Shown here: positions 19,874 to 28,374 of the stretch, piece by piece
Numbering within the stretch: position 1 is the first letter of the stretch
How the letters are laid out: the number at the start of each line of letters is the position of its first letter
Assembly: GCA_038844785.1 (NCBI GenBank)
Contig: JAWBRA010000014.1
Span: 1 to 47,159, forward strand
Direction of reading: 5' to 3'
Length of the DNA: 47,159 nucleotides
Origin: Candidatus Caldarchaeum sp.
Lineage (GTDB): Archaea > Thermoproteota > Nitrososphaeria_A > Caldarchaeales > Caldarchaeaceae
Position numbers and translations under genes: made by a program
Notes under the pieces: model-generated
Seen by the model: only the letters and a program-made list of their open reading frames with translations
Told to the model about the DNA's origin: nothing
Databases searched by the model: none

Positions 19874-20704
19874 ATGACTGCGTGGCTGGCTCACGTAGAC
19901 AAGGGACGTGTTACCAAGGTAGAGGGGGTGGAGACTTTTTACCTAGATCTAGGGCGTGGCCATCCTTTGTTGTTGATTCACGGATGGGGTTCTTCCTCTT
20001 TTAGCTGGAGAAAAAATTATCCAGTCCTGTCCAGCGTTTTCAGGGTGGTGGCGGTAGATTTACCGGGTTTCGGCATGTCAAGCAGGCTTCCATCCGGCTT
20101 TCATCTAGACACCGTTTCATCTCATCTCTTCCGTTTCTTGGAAACGCTGGATATTGACCGCGTCTCTTTGATAGGTCATTCGATGGGCGGGGCTATAGCC
20201 TCCCACATGGCAGCGCAGCATCCTGAGAAAGTCTCTAAGCTTGTCCTTGTAAGCCCAAGCCTTTTAGGGGAAGGGTCTGGGAAAAGGCCGTTTTTCGTCG
20301 AGCTGGCCCGAAACAAGTTTGTCGGCAAGGTTTTGGCGAGAGTTATGTTAAACAGATACTTTGTGAGAAGAGCTTTGAAAAACGCGTACAGTAACCCGGG
20401 CTTGGTGGACGAGGAGATGGTTGAGGGATATTTTCAGTCGGTCGTCAGGTCTGGGCCTGTCCTCCTAGATGCTTTCAACATTATGCGAGAGTTCAACCTA
20501 AGCGTGATGGAAAAAATCGAATGTGACGTTTTGTTCGTGCTAGGCGAGAAAGATTCATGGGTTCCAGCTGACGGGAACAGGGCGATTGCTGAGAGGATTG
20601 GAGCTAAGCATGTTGTAATTCCTGACGCAGGTCACAGCCCTCATGAAGAAAAGCACGAGCAGGTCAACAACATCATTATAACATTCCTGCAGAGCGGTAT
20701 GTAA
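19874..20704 (+). CDS. alpha/beta hydrolase
   Basis: LIHGWG, DLPGFG, GHSMGG nucleophile elbow, GEKD, AGHSPH. Confidence 0.92.
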   Translation: MTAWLAHVDKGRVTKVEGVETFYLDLGRGHPLLLIHGWGSSSFSWRKNYPVLSSVFRVVAVDLPGFGMSSRLPSGFHLDTVSSHLFRFLETLDIDRVSLIGHSMGGAIASHMAAQHPEKVSKLVLVSPSLLGEGSGKRPFFVELARNKFVGKVLARVMLNRYFVRRALKNAYSNPGLVDEEMVEGYFQSVVRSGPVLLDAFNIMREFNLSVMEKIECDVLFVLGEKDSWVPADGNRAIAERIGAKHVVIPDAGHSPHEEKHEQVNNIIITFLQSGM

Positions 20705-20705
20705 G

Positions 20706-20918
20706 ATGCACAGGAAAAGGATTGCTCGGATTCTGCTCGAGATCTTGATGTCCAGCGTCAACAGCAGCCGCGTTCCGCCAGAGCTAGGCTGGGCTGTGTG
20801 GGAAATGTTCCGAAAAAACAGGCTGGACAAACCTGACGGGTTTAAAGTCCTGGTTAAAGCTTGCAGACATTGCGAGCCGGAGAAGACGGCCAAGGTCTTA
20901 AAAGGGGAAGAGTCGTGA
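20706..20918 (+). CDS. small hypothetical protein with CxxC
   Basis: Tightly packed between neighbours (1-nt gap, GTGA overlap); ACRHC. Confidence 0.6.
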   Translation: MHRKRIARILLEILMSSVNSSRVPPELGWAVWEMFRKNRLDKPDGFKVLVKACRHCEPEKTAKVLKGEES

Positions 20919-21865
20919 GACCCTTCTTCTCAATCGAGCTGGTCCCCAAAGACCCGATTTGGAAGCTCTTGATAGCGGCAAGTCTGGTGGAAAAAATAGG
21001 GTTTGACGGTATATGGGTTAGCGACCATTTTTTCAACAGAAACTGCTTCATGACGCTTTCTACGCTGGCGCTGCACACGCGTAGAGTGGCTATAGGGCCC
21101 GCGGTCGTGAACCCCTATTTAACACATCCTACGACGATTGCCCAGACGGCTGCAACGCTTTGGGAGCTGGCGCCGAACAGGGTTCGTGTGGCGGTTGGAG
21201 CAGGAGATGCATTATCCCTCAAACAACTAGGTATCGAGAGGAATAAGCCCGTCGAGAAAGTTAGAAAGGCAGTTGAACACATCAGGAGAATCCTCCTCAA
21301 CTCAGGTTTGCTACAGACTTACCCTGTTTCGGATGTTAAGGTGTTTGTAGGGGCTCAAGGAAAGAAAATGATGAGGATGGCTTTGGACGTCGCAGATGGT
21401 GTTTTAGTGAACTGGTCAAGCTTGGACAAGCTGTTGGAAGCCGCGGAAATGTTAAAAACAGTCAAAGGCTTTTGGAAGGCAGCCTACATCATAACCTCAG
21501 TCCACGACGACGAATTGAAGGCCCGTAAAACGGCTGTTCCTTTCGCCGCTTACTTGATGGTTGGAGCGCGTGAGGATTATTTGCAAGAGCTCGGGATAAG
21601 TTTGGATTTCAAAAACCAGGTTGAACAATTACTCCTGTCGAAAAACTGGGATAAGCTTTATGACGTAAGCGGCGCAGATTGGGTGGACCATTTCTGCGTG
21701 TGGGGCAAGCCGAAAAAGCTGGAAGATTTCACCGCCAGCCTGGTTGAGGCAGGCTACAATGAAATAGTTTACGCAGGGCCTTTAGGGCCAAGATACTTGA
21801 ATGCACTTAAGCACATCACTCTAATATGTCGGCGTATCAGGAAAGAATGGGTTGACTTTGGCTGA
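20915..21865 (+). CDS. LLM-class F420-dependent oxidoreductase (Mer-like)
   Basis: GFDGIWVSDHFFNR, IGPAVVNPY.THP, GAGD, GAQG.KM...A...ADG; GTG start at 20915. Confidence 0.88.
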   Translation: MRPFFSIELVPKDPIWKLLIAASLVEKIGFDGIWVSDHFFNRNCFMTLSTLALHTRRVAIGPAVVNPYLTHPTTIAQTAATLWELAPNRVRVAVGAGDALSLKQLGIERNKPVEKVRKAVEHIRRILLNSGLLQTYPVSDVKVFVGAQGKKMMRMALDVADGVLVNWSSLDKLLEAAEMLKTVKGFWKAAYIITSVHDDELKARKTAVPFAAYLMVGAREDYLQELGISLDFKNQVEQLLLSKNWDKLYDVSGADWVDHFCVWGKPKKLEDFTASLVEAGYNEIVYAGPLGPRYLNALKHITLICRRIRKEWVDFG

Positions 21866-23375
21866 ACAAGCTTTGCTGACGAGGCCGGAGGTTGAAAGGC
21901 TGAAGAAAGAGCTGGCAGCAAAGCTGAAGCTGTCAAAAATACCCTCCGACGCCGAGCTGGCATTTCTTATGGAACCATGGAAAAAACGTGTCGTGAAGAA
22001 GCCGGTCAAAACGGCTTCCGGCGTCGCGGTGATAACCGTTGTGGCGCCGATTTTCAGCTGTCCGCATGGAAGATGTGTCTACTGTCCTGGAGGAAGGCCT
22101 TTTGGAACGCCTCAAAGCTACACCGGAGAGGAAGCCGTAGTAAAGAATGCGGCATCAGTAGGATACGACCCCTACAACCAAGTGGCTGCAGCTGTTCAAA
22201 AACTACGTTCTATGGGTCATCCAGTTGACAAGGTTGAGCTCATCATAATAGGTGGAACCTTCACAGCAACGTCCCATGATTTTCAACTAAGATTCATTCA
22301 AAGATGCTTAGATGCGTTGAACGGAAGGTCTTCGAGAAGCTTGGAAGAAGCCCTCGCCCTAGCGGAAAACGCTGAGATACATGTCTCAGGCATCACTATC
22401 GAGACCAAACCTGACTGGGCTAAAAAACACGTGGCTTCAAAGCTTGTCGACATGGGTGTGACACGGGTTGAGATAGGGGTTCAAGCGTTAGACGACTCTA
22501 TACTTTCTTTGGTCAAAAGAGGCCATTCGCTCGAGGATGCTGTAGAAGCTACAGCAGACCTGAAGGATTTGGCCTTCAAAGTATGTTACCATATGATGCC
22601 CAACCTTCCCGGTTCGTCTCCAGCTAAAGACCTTCAAATGCTCACACAACTTTTTGAGGACGAAAGATACAGACCCGACCAGCTCAAGATATATCCGACG
22701 CTGGTTCTCCCTGGAACCGATTTGGAGAAGATGTGGCGTGACGGCGTATACAAACCTTACTCCGACGAAGAACTTGTTGATGTTTTGGCCGAGTTCATGA
22801 GGAGGGTTCCTCCGTACGTCAGAATTACACGTATACAGAGAGAGATACCTTTGAAGATTGCTTTAGACGGTTTGAGGACGCCTAACCTTAGGCAGGTTGT
22901 TGAGAAGAGAGTTGGCGGTGCGTGCCGTTGTATCAGATGCAGAGAGCATGGTCATAAGCGTGGAAATGTGAACCCCATGAAGGCTGAGTTGAACAGATAC
23001 ATCTACAAAGCTTCAGGTGGTATAGAGTATTTCGTATCATTCGACGAGCCAGATTCCGATGCTTTACTCGGGTTTGTAAGAGTTAGGATTCCCGGTAGAG
23101 CATTAAGGAGAGAGCTTGAGAACGCAGCCCTCGTCAGAGAGCTGCATGTATATGGCTTCCTACGCCCTGTGGGAGCGGGAGCTGTCGAAAACTCTTCTCA
23201 GCACAGGGGTTTGGGAAGGTTTTTGATGGCTGAGGCTGAAAAGATAGCTTTCGAAGAACACGGTATGGATAAGCTTGCGGTAATTAGCGGCGTCGGCGTT
23301 AGGAATTACTATCGAAAGCTTGGATACAGTCTTGAAGGACCATACATGTGCAAAGAGGCCACACACCAGAATTGA
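21852..23375 (+). CDS. elp3: tRNA U34 acetyltransferase Elp3 (radical SAM + KAT)
   Basis: CPHGRCVYCPGG, QSYTGEE, GGTF, ETKPD, LKIYPTLV, RELHVYG, QHRGLG, ISGVGVRNYYRKLGY. Confidence 0.95.
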   Translation: MTLAEQALLTRPEVERLKKELAAKLKLSKIPSDAELAFLMEPWKKRVVKKPVKTASGVAVITVVAPIFSCPHGRCVYCPGGRPFGTPQSYTGEEAVVKNAASVGYDPYNQVAAAVQKLRSMGHPVDKVELIIIGGTFTATSHDFQLRFIQRCLDALNGRSSRSLEEALALAENAEIHVSGITIETKPDWAKKHVASKLVDMGVTRVEIGVQALDDSILSLVKRGHSLEDAVEATADLKDLAFKVCYHMMPNLPGSSPAKDLQMLTQLFEDERYRPDQLKIYPTLVLPGTDLEKMWRDGVYKPYSDEELVDVLAEFMRRVPPYVRITRIQREIPLKIALDGLRTPNLRQVVEKRVGGACRCIRCREHGHKRGNVNPMKAELNRYIYKASGGIEYFVSFDEPDSDALLGFVRVRIPGRALRRELENAALVRELHVYGFLRPVGAGAVENSSQHRGLGRFLMAEAEKIAFEEHGMDKLAVISGVGVRNYYRKLGYSLEGPYMCKEATHQN

Positions 23376-24727
23376 CGATACAGGACATCCTTAGAAAAAC
23401 GTATAGAAAGGCGGGGTTTCACCAAACGATTGCGTTTGCCGTTTTCCTAACTCTCTTACTCCTCAGGCTTCAGGTTATAAACACGCCATCCCCATCAACG
23501 GCTGTGGAGAACTGTATTGAGCCAGCTGGCGGCAGCTTCCCAACCGAATGTGGCTTCGTCTTTGATGAAGCCCATTACATCCCTGCCGTGAGAAAAATGC
23601 TGAGAGGCGAGGCCGTGAACAACGAGCATCCGCCGTTATCCAAGGCTTTGATAGCTTTGTCAATACTTGCTTTCGGAGACAACCCGTTGGGCTGGCGGTT
23701 CGCATCAGCTGTTCTATCCTCGGCCGCTGTTGCATTGATACCTTTGATAGCACGGCATTTCACAGGAAGACTTGAGCTTGCCTTGGCTGCAACGATTTTA
23801 ACAGCCACTGATGTGATGTATTTCAACATAGGGTCTATAGCGATGCTCGACGGCCCAGCGTTTTTCTTCCTACTCGTCGGAACCCTGCTGTTTCTGCAGA
23901 AGAGGCATGTGACGGCTGCAATTTTTCTAGGTCTAGCGTTTCTGTCCAAAACAGCCACATTATTCAGCGTTGCAGGACTTCTTGCCTACAGCTTCATACA
24001 GTCTTATTCTAGGAAGAGAAAGCTGGTTGAAGCCGTTTACGAGTGGTCGCCTGTCTTTGAGAAAACAACGTTGATAATCCTAGCTATAGCCATTGCGGGG
24101 TTAGCTGTCTACGACTATACCTTCAAAGCGTTCAACACACCTTTCGCCCACCTCGACTACATCCTATCCTATCACAGCCAACTCAAGTATAGCTGTAAAG
24201 AGTTTGAGCTGCCGTTGAGATGCACGGTCTTTGAGGCTGACGGTAGAAAAACCGTCATAGACTTGCCGTTAAGCTGGATATCACCCATCTCACCGTTCGC
24301 CGCGGCACCATACCACATTGTAACGGTGACAGCTGGGGATAGGAGTTGGCATCCTGTAGCCTACTGGGGGATATACAGCCCTGTATGGTGGACAACCGCC
24401 CTTGTAATCGTCTACGCTGCATACTATGTTGTAGTCAGCAGAGGCAGAGATGACCTGCAGGCTTTCATTCTTTTATGGATTGCTTTCACCTATGGACCCT
24501 ATTTCATACTCGCCCACGTTCTCAACCGTTATGTGTACACTTTCTACTTCCTCCCGACAGTGCCGGCGATAGCTTTGGGTTTGCCGTCGGTTCTCGCCGG
24601 CGACAAGTTTTCCAAAGCCGTTCTCTACGGCGTTGTCTTCGTGCAGATAGCCTGGTTTTTTATATACTTCCCCGTCAAGTCAGACCTCCACATACAAATC
24701 CTAGAAACGCTGAACCTTCCCAGATGA
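23348..24727 (+). CDS. PMT/GT39-like polyprenol-phosphate-sugar protein glycosyltransferase
   Basis: FDEAHY, NNEHPPLSKALI, GWR and many TM helices. Confidence 0.8.
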   Translation: MQRGHTPELTIQDILRKTYRKAGFHQTIAFAVFLTLLLLRLQVINTPSPSTAVENCIEPAGGSFPTECGFVFDEAHYIPAVRKMLRGEAVNNEHPPLSKALIALSILAFGDNPLGWRFASAVLSSAAVALIPLIARHFTGRLELALAATILTATDVMYFNIGSIAMLDGPAFFFLLVGTLLFLQKRHVTAAIFLGLAFLSKTATLFSVAGLLAYSFIQSYSRKRKLVEAVYEWSPVFEKTTLIILAIAIAGLAVYDYTFKAFNTPFAHLDYILSYHSQLKYSCKEFELPLRCTVFEADGRKTVIDLPLSWISPISPFAAAPYHIVTVTAGDRSWHPVAYWGIYSPVWWTTALVIVYAAYYVVVSRGRDDLQAFILLWIAFTYGPYFILAHVLNRYVYTFYFLPTVPAIALGLPSVLAGDKFSKAVLYGVVFVQIAWFFIYFPVKSDLHIQILETLNLPR

Positions 24728-24728
24728 T

Positions 24729-25451
24729 ATGTTGACTTTAGAGGATGCGAGGAAAGCCTTGGCGAAGGGCTCCGTCATAATCTTCGCAGGGCCCTGCACG
24801 GTGGTTTATGAAGGACGCGCTGCCTCTAGGCTTGGAGAGGGGGAGAGGCTTGTGCTGATTAAGCGGGACAGAAGCATCCTAGTTCATAGACCCACAGGAC
24901 ATGAGCCTGTTAACTGGCAGCCAGCCGGCTCCATGATAGATTTTCACGTTGAGGATGGTTTGACAGTGATAAGAGCGAGCAACGGCAACGAGCTGCTTAA
25001 GATATCCTTCACTTCACAGCCTTCGGTGATGGTGTTTGACCTTCATGACTCAGCGGAATTCGAGATGTACGCGTCAGAGGAGGATATGAAGAAGGCGGTG
25101 ATGATTAGGCCGAGCCTTGTCGAAGATGGTTTTAAGCCTTTTGAAGAAGAACGTCAGGTGAGACGGACAGGCCGCGTGGACATCCTCGGTTTAGATGCCG
25201 TGGGAAGGCTTGTCGTTGTAGAGCTTAAGCGAAAACCCGCGACGCCGGAGGACGTCAAACAGCTGAAAGCCTACGTAGAAAGCTTAACCGCCGAGTTTGG
25301 GACGCGACCCCGCGCCATACTGGCGGCACCGTCAACAACCAAAGCCGCTAGAAGGGAGATGGCTAAAGAAGAGATTGAGTTTAGATGCTTGACACCGAGG
25401 AAATGTATGCAGGTGCTTAGAGAAGCTAGGGGGCTTGATGGATACTTTTAG
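24729..25451 (+). CDS. nucS: mismatch endonuclease NucS/EndoMS
   Basis: C.V.YEGRA.S.L, IKRD.S..VH, PVNWQP, SEEDM, GRVDIL, VVVELKR, QL..Y. Confidence 0.93.
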   Translation: MLTLEDARKALAKGSVIIFAGPCTVVYEGRAASRLGEGERLVLIKRDRSILVHRPTGHEPVNWQPAGSMIDFHVEDGLTVIRASNGNELLKISFTSQPSVMVFDLHDSAEFEMYASEEDMKKAVMIRPSLVEDGFKPFEEERQVRRTGRVDILGLDAVGRLVVVELKRKPATPEDVKQLKAYVESLTAEFGTRPRAILAAPSTTKAARREMAKEEIEFRCLTPRKCMQVLREARGLDGYF

Positions 25452-26692
25452 AAAAGCGTGACCTCACGGGAGAGTACCAGGTCTGTAACCCTTCTAACCC
25501 TGCTCACCTCATCCGCTACAATGGCCTCAACCTCCCTCACAAGGTTTTGGTCGAATTTGTCAACGGGTATGGCTTGGACGGAAACAGCAAGCGGCTGGTT
25601 TATCGGCCTGCCTATCTGGCTCAGCATCCTCACGTAAACCTCTTTAACCCTCTTCGTCTCCTCGTATATTCTCTTGGCTGTTAAGCCGGCAAGCACGTTG
25701 TATATTTTTCCCACGTGGGAGATGGGGTTTTTGCCCGCTGTTGCCTCAAGCGACATCTGCCTGTTGGGCGTTATGAGGCCGTTGGCTCTGTTACCCCTGC
25801 CGGTGTTCCCGTCGTCACCATGTTCCGCAGATGTTCCTGTGTAGGTCAAATAGTATATTTCCTCGTCGACACCAGCTCCATACCTGTCGGCGGTGTTAAC
25901 AAACACTGTCACATCGTTTTCAGGGGCTATCTTCGCTGCCAAGTCTTCAACCTCGGATTTTATAGCTTCTTTGACGGCGTGGTAGTGGTCCCTGTCCTTG
26001 GTTAAAGTACTAACTATTCCGTCCGCTATTGTTAAAGTTATTTTCCTGCCTTTCCTCAAACCCATGACTTTAACATCCTCACCGCTCTCCCTGACCCTCG
26101 ACTTGAAAACCTGCGAGTTAAGATGTCTCTCAACGCTGTAAACAAGGTTTTCAAGAGGTGTGAGGGGATAGAACGCGACACCGTATGAGGTGTCGTTTGC
26201 TAAAGGCATATCTTGACTGCTTTCTACAACAGCTTTAAGGTCTGGGCTGCTCTCCCTAACCCTTATCTCAAGCTGTATATGTGAGTCGAAATCTAGGAAC
26301 CGGAAGTTCCTCTTAATCATAGACCTCACGGCCTCCTTGATTATCTCACTGTAAGGGATGGTGACGACGCCTGTCTGCGTCTTTACGCTGGTCGAGACCC
26401 GGCCAGCGATTATTATTGTAATCGGTTCCTCAAGCCTTCCGTAGCCGAAGGTGTTGTATGCTCTGCCTCCCACGAGAAGGCCTTTGTCAACGTTGTGATG
26501 CAAGATCTTCCCAAACTCTTTTAAATAGTATTTCGATAACATAATCGAGGCCTCCTCGCAAGCACTGTCTATGATATAGTCGGGATGCCCGAGCCCTTTC
26601 CTCTCAACCAGCTCGATCTCCTGCGCCTCAACAGGCGTTCTATCCAGCGGCTCTACAGTCACATATGAGGCGGTCATGAGCTGTTCACTCAC
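25448..26692 (-). CDS. mat: archaeal S-adenosylmethionine synthetase
   Basis: ERKGLGHPD, HHNVDK, ANDTSYG, GEDVKVMG, GTSAEHGDDG.TGRGNR.NGLI, GKNP..HVGKIYN. Confidence 0.96.
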   Translation of the reverse strand: MSEQLMTASYVTVEPLDRTPVEAQEIELVERKGLGHPDYIIDSACEEASIMLSKYYLKEFGKILHHNVDKGLLVGGRAYNTFGYGRLEEPITIIIAGRVSTSVKTQTGVVTIPYSEIIKEAVRSMIKRNFRFLDFDSHIQLEIRVRESSPDLKAVVESSQDMPLANDTSYGVAFYPLTPLENLVYSVERHLNSQVFKSRVRESGEDVKVMGLRKGRKITLTIADGIVSTLTKDRDHYHAVKEAIKSEVEDLAAKIAPENDVTVFVNTADRYGAGVDEEIYYLTYTGTSAEHGDDGNTGRGNRANGLITPNRQMSLEATAGKNPISHVGKIYNVLAGLTAKRIYEETKRVKEVYVRMLSQIGRPINQPLAVSVQAIPVDKFDQNLVREVEAIVADEVSRVRRVTDLVLSREVTLF

Positions 26693-26824
26693 GCATCGAA
26701 CTTTAAGCTGAAATATTAACTTCTCAGACCTTTAACCCTGAGAACAGTATGTCAACTGATTGAGATGAAGTCAGGAACTTTAGCCATCCGGCCAAAAGTT
26801 CCATACGGCCTTCCTTCTGGAAGG

Positions 26825-26853
26825 AAAAAAATAAGGGGAGGGTTTGGCTGGAG
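26825..26853 (-). terminator. pyrimidine tract plus T7, putative terminator of the IS110-like gene/ncRNA transcript
   Basis: Minus strand CTCCAGCCAAACCCTCCCCTTATTTTTTT downstream of the stem-loop. Confidence 0.45.
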
Positions 26854-26882
26854 ACAAACAACCAGAACAACATCTAAGAACA

Positions 26883-26965
26883 CCCCTGGGAAAGGCCGGG
26901 TATACTGTGAAGGCCGTATCCTATTGGATACGGTAATTATTTTTGGCGCCGGCCTCTCCAGAGGG
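26883..26965 (-). ncRNA. candidate dual-guide stem-loop RNA (tigRNA/bridge-RNA-like)
   Basis: Outer stem GAGAGGCCGG/CCGGCCTTTC, apical hairpin CCGTATCC-AATA-GGATACGG, and an internal loop with GCC-AAAAATAAT-TACC and GCC-TTCACAGTA-TACC. Confidence 0.6.
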
Positions 26966-26979
26966 TTTTTCCCTGCTGT

Positions 26980-27837
26980 TTAAGCCGGTGCCTCCAGCCT
27001 TTTCCGGGTATCCTTCAAGGTCTTCCAGATTCTCTTTAGCAGTTGTTCTTCGTCTCTTGCCCGATGTTTCGGATTATGTAGGACTGCTGAGGTCAGACGT
27101 ATCATAGCTTTTCTCGCTGTTTTGCTGTAGAACTTGTTGACTCCCTTTCTGCCTTTGTAGAGGCCGAAGAGTGCTTTCAGACGGCTGTAAGACCTAGTTC
27201 TTACTACGTAAGCCATTATTTCAGCTAAGGCCTCCCTTGCAAGCAGATGGTTTTCTCCGGTTATTCCAAGCTCTTCCACCACCTTTTTGAAGTTTGGGTA
27301 TCTTTTCTCAGCCTCAGAGACTATCAATGAAGCTGTCTCCATCATGGATTTTTCGGCAGCGTTGGCAACCTCTATCAGAAGCCTTCTCTCAGCATCAGGC
27401 AGGGCCTTAGCCCTGTTAAGGTAGCTGAGATATGTCCTTTGAAGGCTTCTGAACACTACCGCAAGCCGGCGAATTACCAAGTAGTTCTCGTCAACTTCGA
27501 AAAACCAGCGTGAGTCAATATGCATTATCGCTCTTATGTCGTTTCTCGCCGTCTTCGAAAGCCCAAGCTCTTCACGCTTCTTGGCCATCACCATCATTCT
27601 CCGAAGGTAGAAAACCCTAACACCACGCCTGAGAAGCTCTATGAATTCGTCTGTAAGCTCTACGGGAATCGTGTCCACGTAGAGCTCGTCTCCTGCTTCC
27701 GCTGGAATATCGGTTATCCTGCAGGCTTTGCCGAAGTTTTCCCCGTCAACGGTGTATATGTGATAGTTCTCGTCGTTCTTCCTTTTACGGTTCTTGTTCG
27801 CCATCCTGTGAACATCAGCGTAGAACCTTCTTCCCAC
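26980..27837 (-). CDS. IS110-family-related RuvC + coiled-coil + Nop/Tnp-like protein (TasR-like), 285 aa
   Basis: FYADVH (D8), LYVDT (D55), SKTARND (KTDxxD-like), L..YLNR, LGITG...LAEI, RL.ALFGL, LLKRIW; GTG start. Confidence 0.7.
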   Translation of the reverse strand: MGRRFYADVHRMANKNRKRKNDENYHIYTVDGENFGKACRITDIPAEAGDELYVDTIPVELTDEFIELLRRGVRVFYLRRMMVMAKKREELGLSKTARNDIRAIMHIDSRWFFEVDENYLVIRRLAVVFRSLQRTYLSYLNRAKALPDAERRLLIEVANAAEKSMMETASLIVSEAEKRYPNFKKVVEELGITGENHLLAREALAEIMAYVVRTRSYSRLKALFGLYKGRKGVNKFYSKTARKAMIRLTSAVLHNPKHRARDEEQLLKRIWKTLKDTRKRLEAPA

Positions 27838-28290
27838 TTTCCCGAGAGGATTATAAGCCTCTTTTCGGGGACAACTCTCCGTCAGTCATATCCACCCCTC
27901 CCCTCCAGACGCCTGGCCTTGGGCGGCTCATGGGGGGCGCCACCACCCCAGAGCCGTAGGGTTTGTTGAGGGAGCATGGCGCTCCCAGCCATCCCCAGCC
28001 ACCACCCACCCTCAAGGGGCTGGGGTCCGGGTGCCATGTCTCCTGTTGACATGGCTCTCCCGGGAGGCCTAGGCCGCCGGAGAACCATTCTCCAGCGGAA
28101 GGCCCTCCCGTCGGGGAAATGTTGAAGGGGTGTTTGGGGATGGATGTGGAGGATGTCGTCTATCATCGTCTGTCTCCCTCCGCACGTCTGTCGGTCCGAG
28201 CGAACCGTCCCAAAGCCCGGCTCCAGCCAAACCCTCCCCAGCCACCCCACGATATCTCTGAATGGGATGGTCGCCTTCTACGGCGAGACA

Positions 28291-28374
28291 GAGGGGAAGG
28301 GGTTTTGGCTGGAGAAAACCGGTTTTGGGTGGGCTTGGATGGCGGGTGGAGAATTCAGCCAAACATCTCCCCTC
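28291..28374. repeat. two degenerate copies of the 19-bp repeat in inverted orientation (MITE-like or hairpin)
   Basis: GAGGGGAAGGGGTTTTGGCTGGAG at 28291-28314 and TTCAGCCAAACATCTCCCCTC at 28354-28374, followed by T7. Confidence 0.55.

Larger units (their letters stand above)
26835..28239. mobile_element. putative element bounded by perfect 19-bp inverted repeats, carrying the IS110-like gene and the stem-loop RNA
   Basis: GGGGAGGGTTTGGCTGGAG at 26835-26853 and its exact reverse complement at 28221-28239; no target-site duplication seen. Confidence 0.45.

Noticed and set aside
26765-26983. 72-aa ORF MKSGTLA...
   Set aside because: It runs antisense across the terminator and stem-loop; only the first few codons may be an IS6 remnant.
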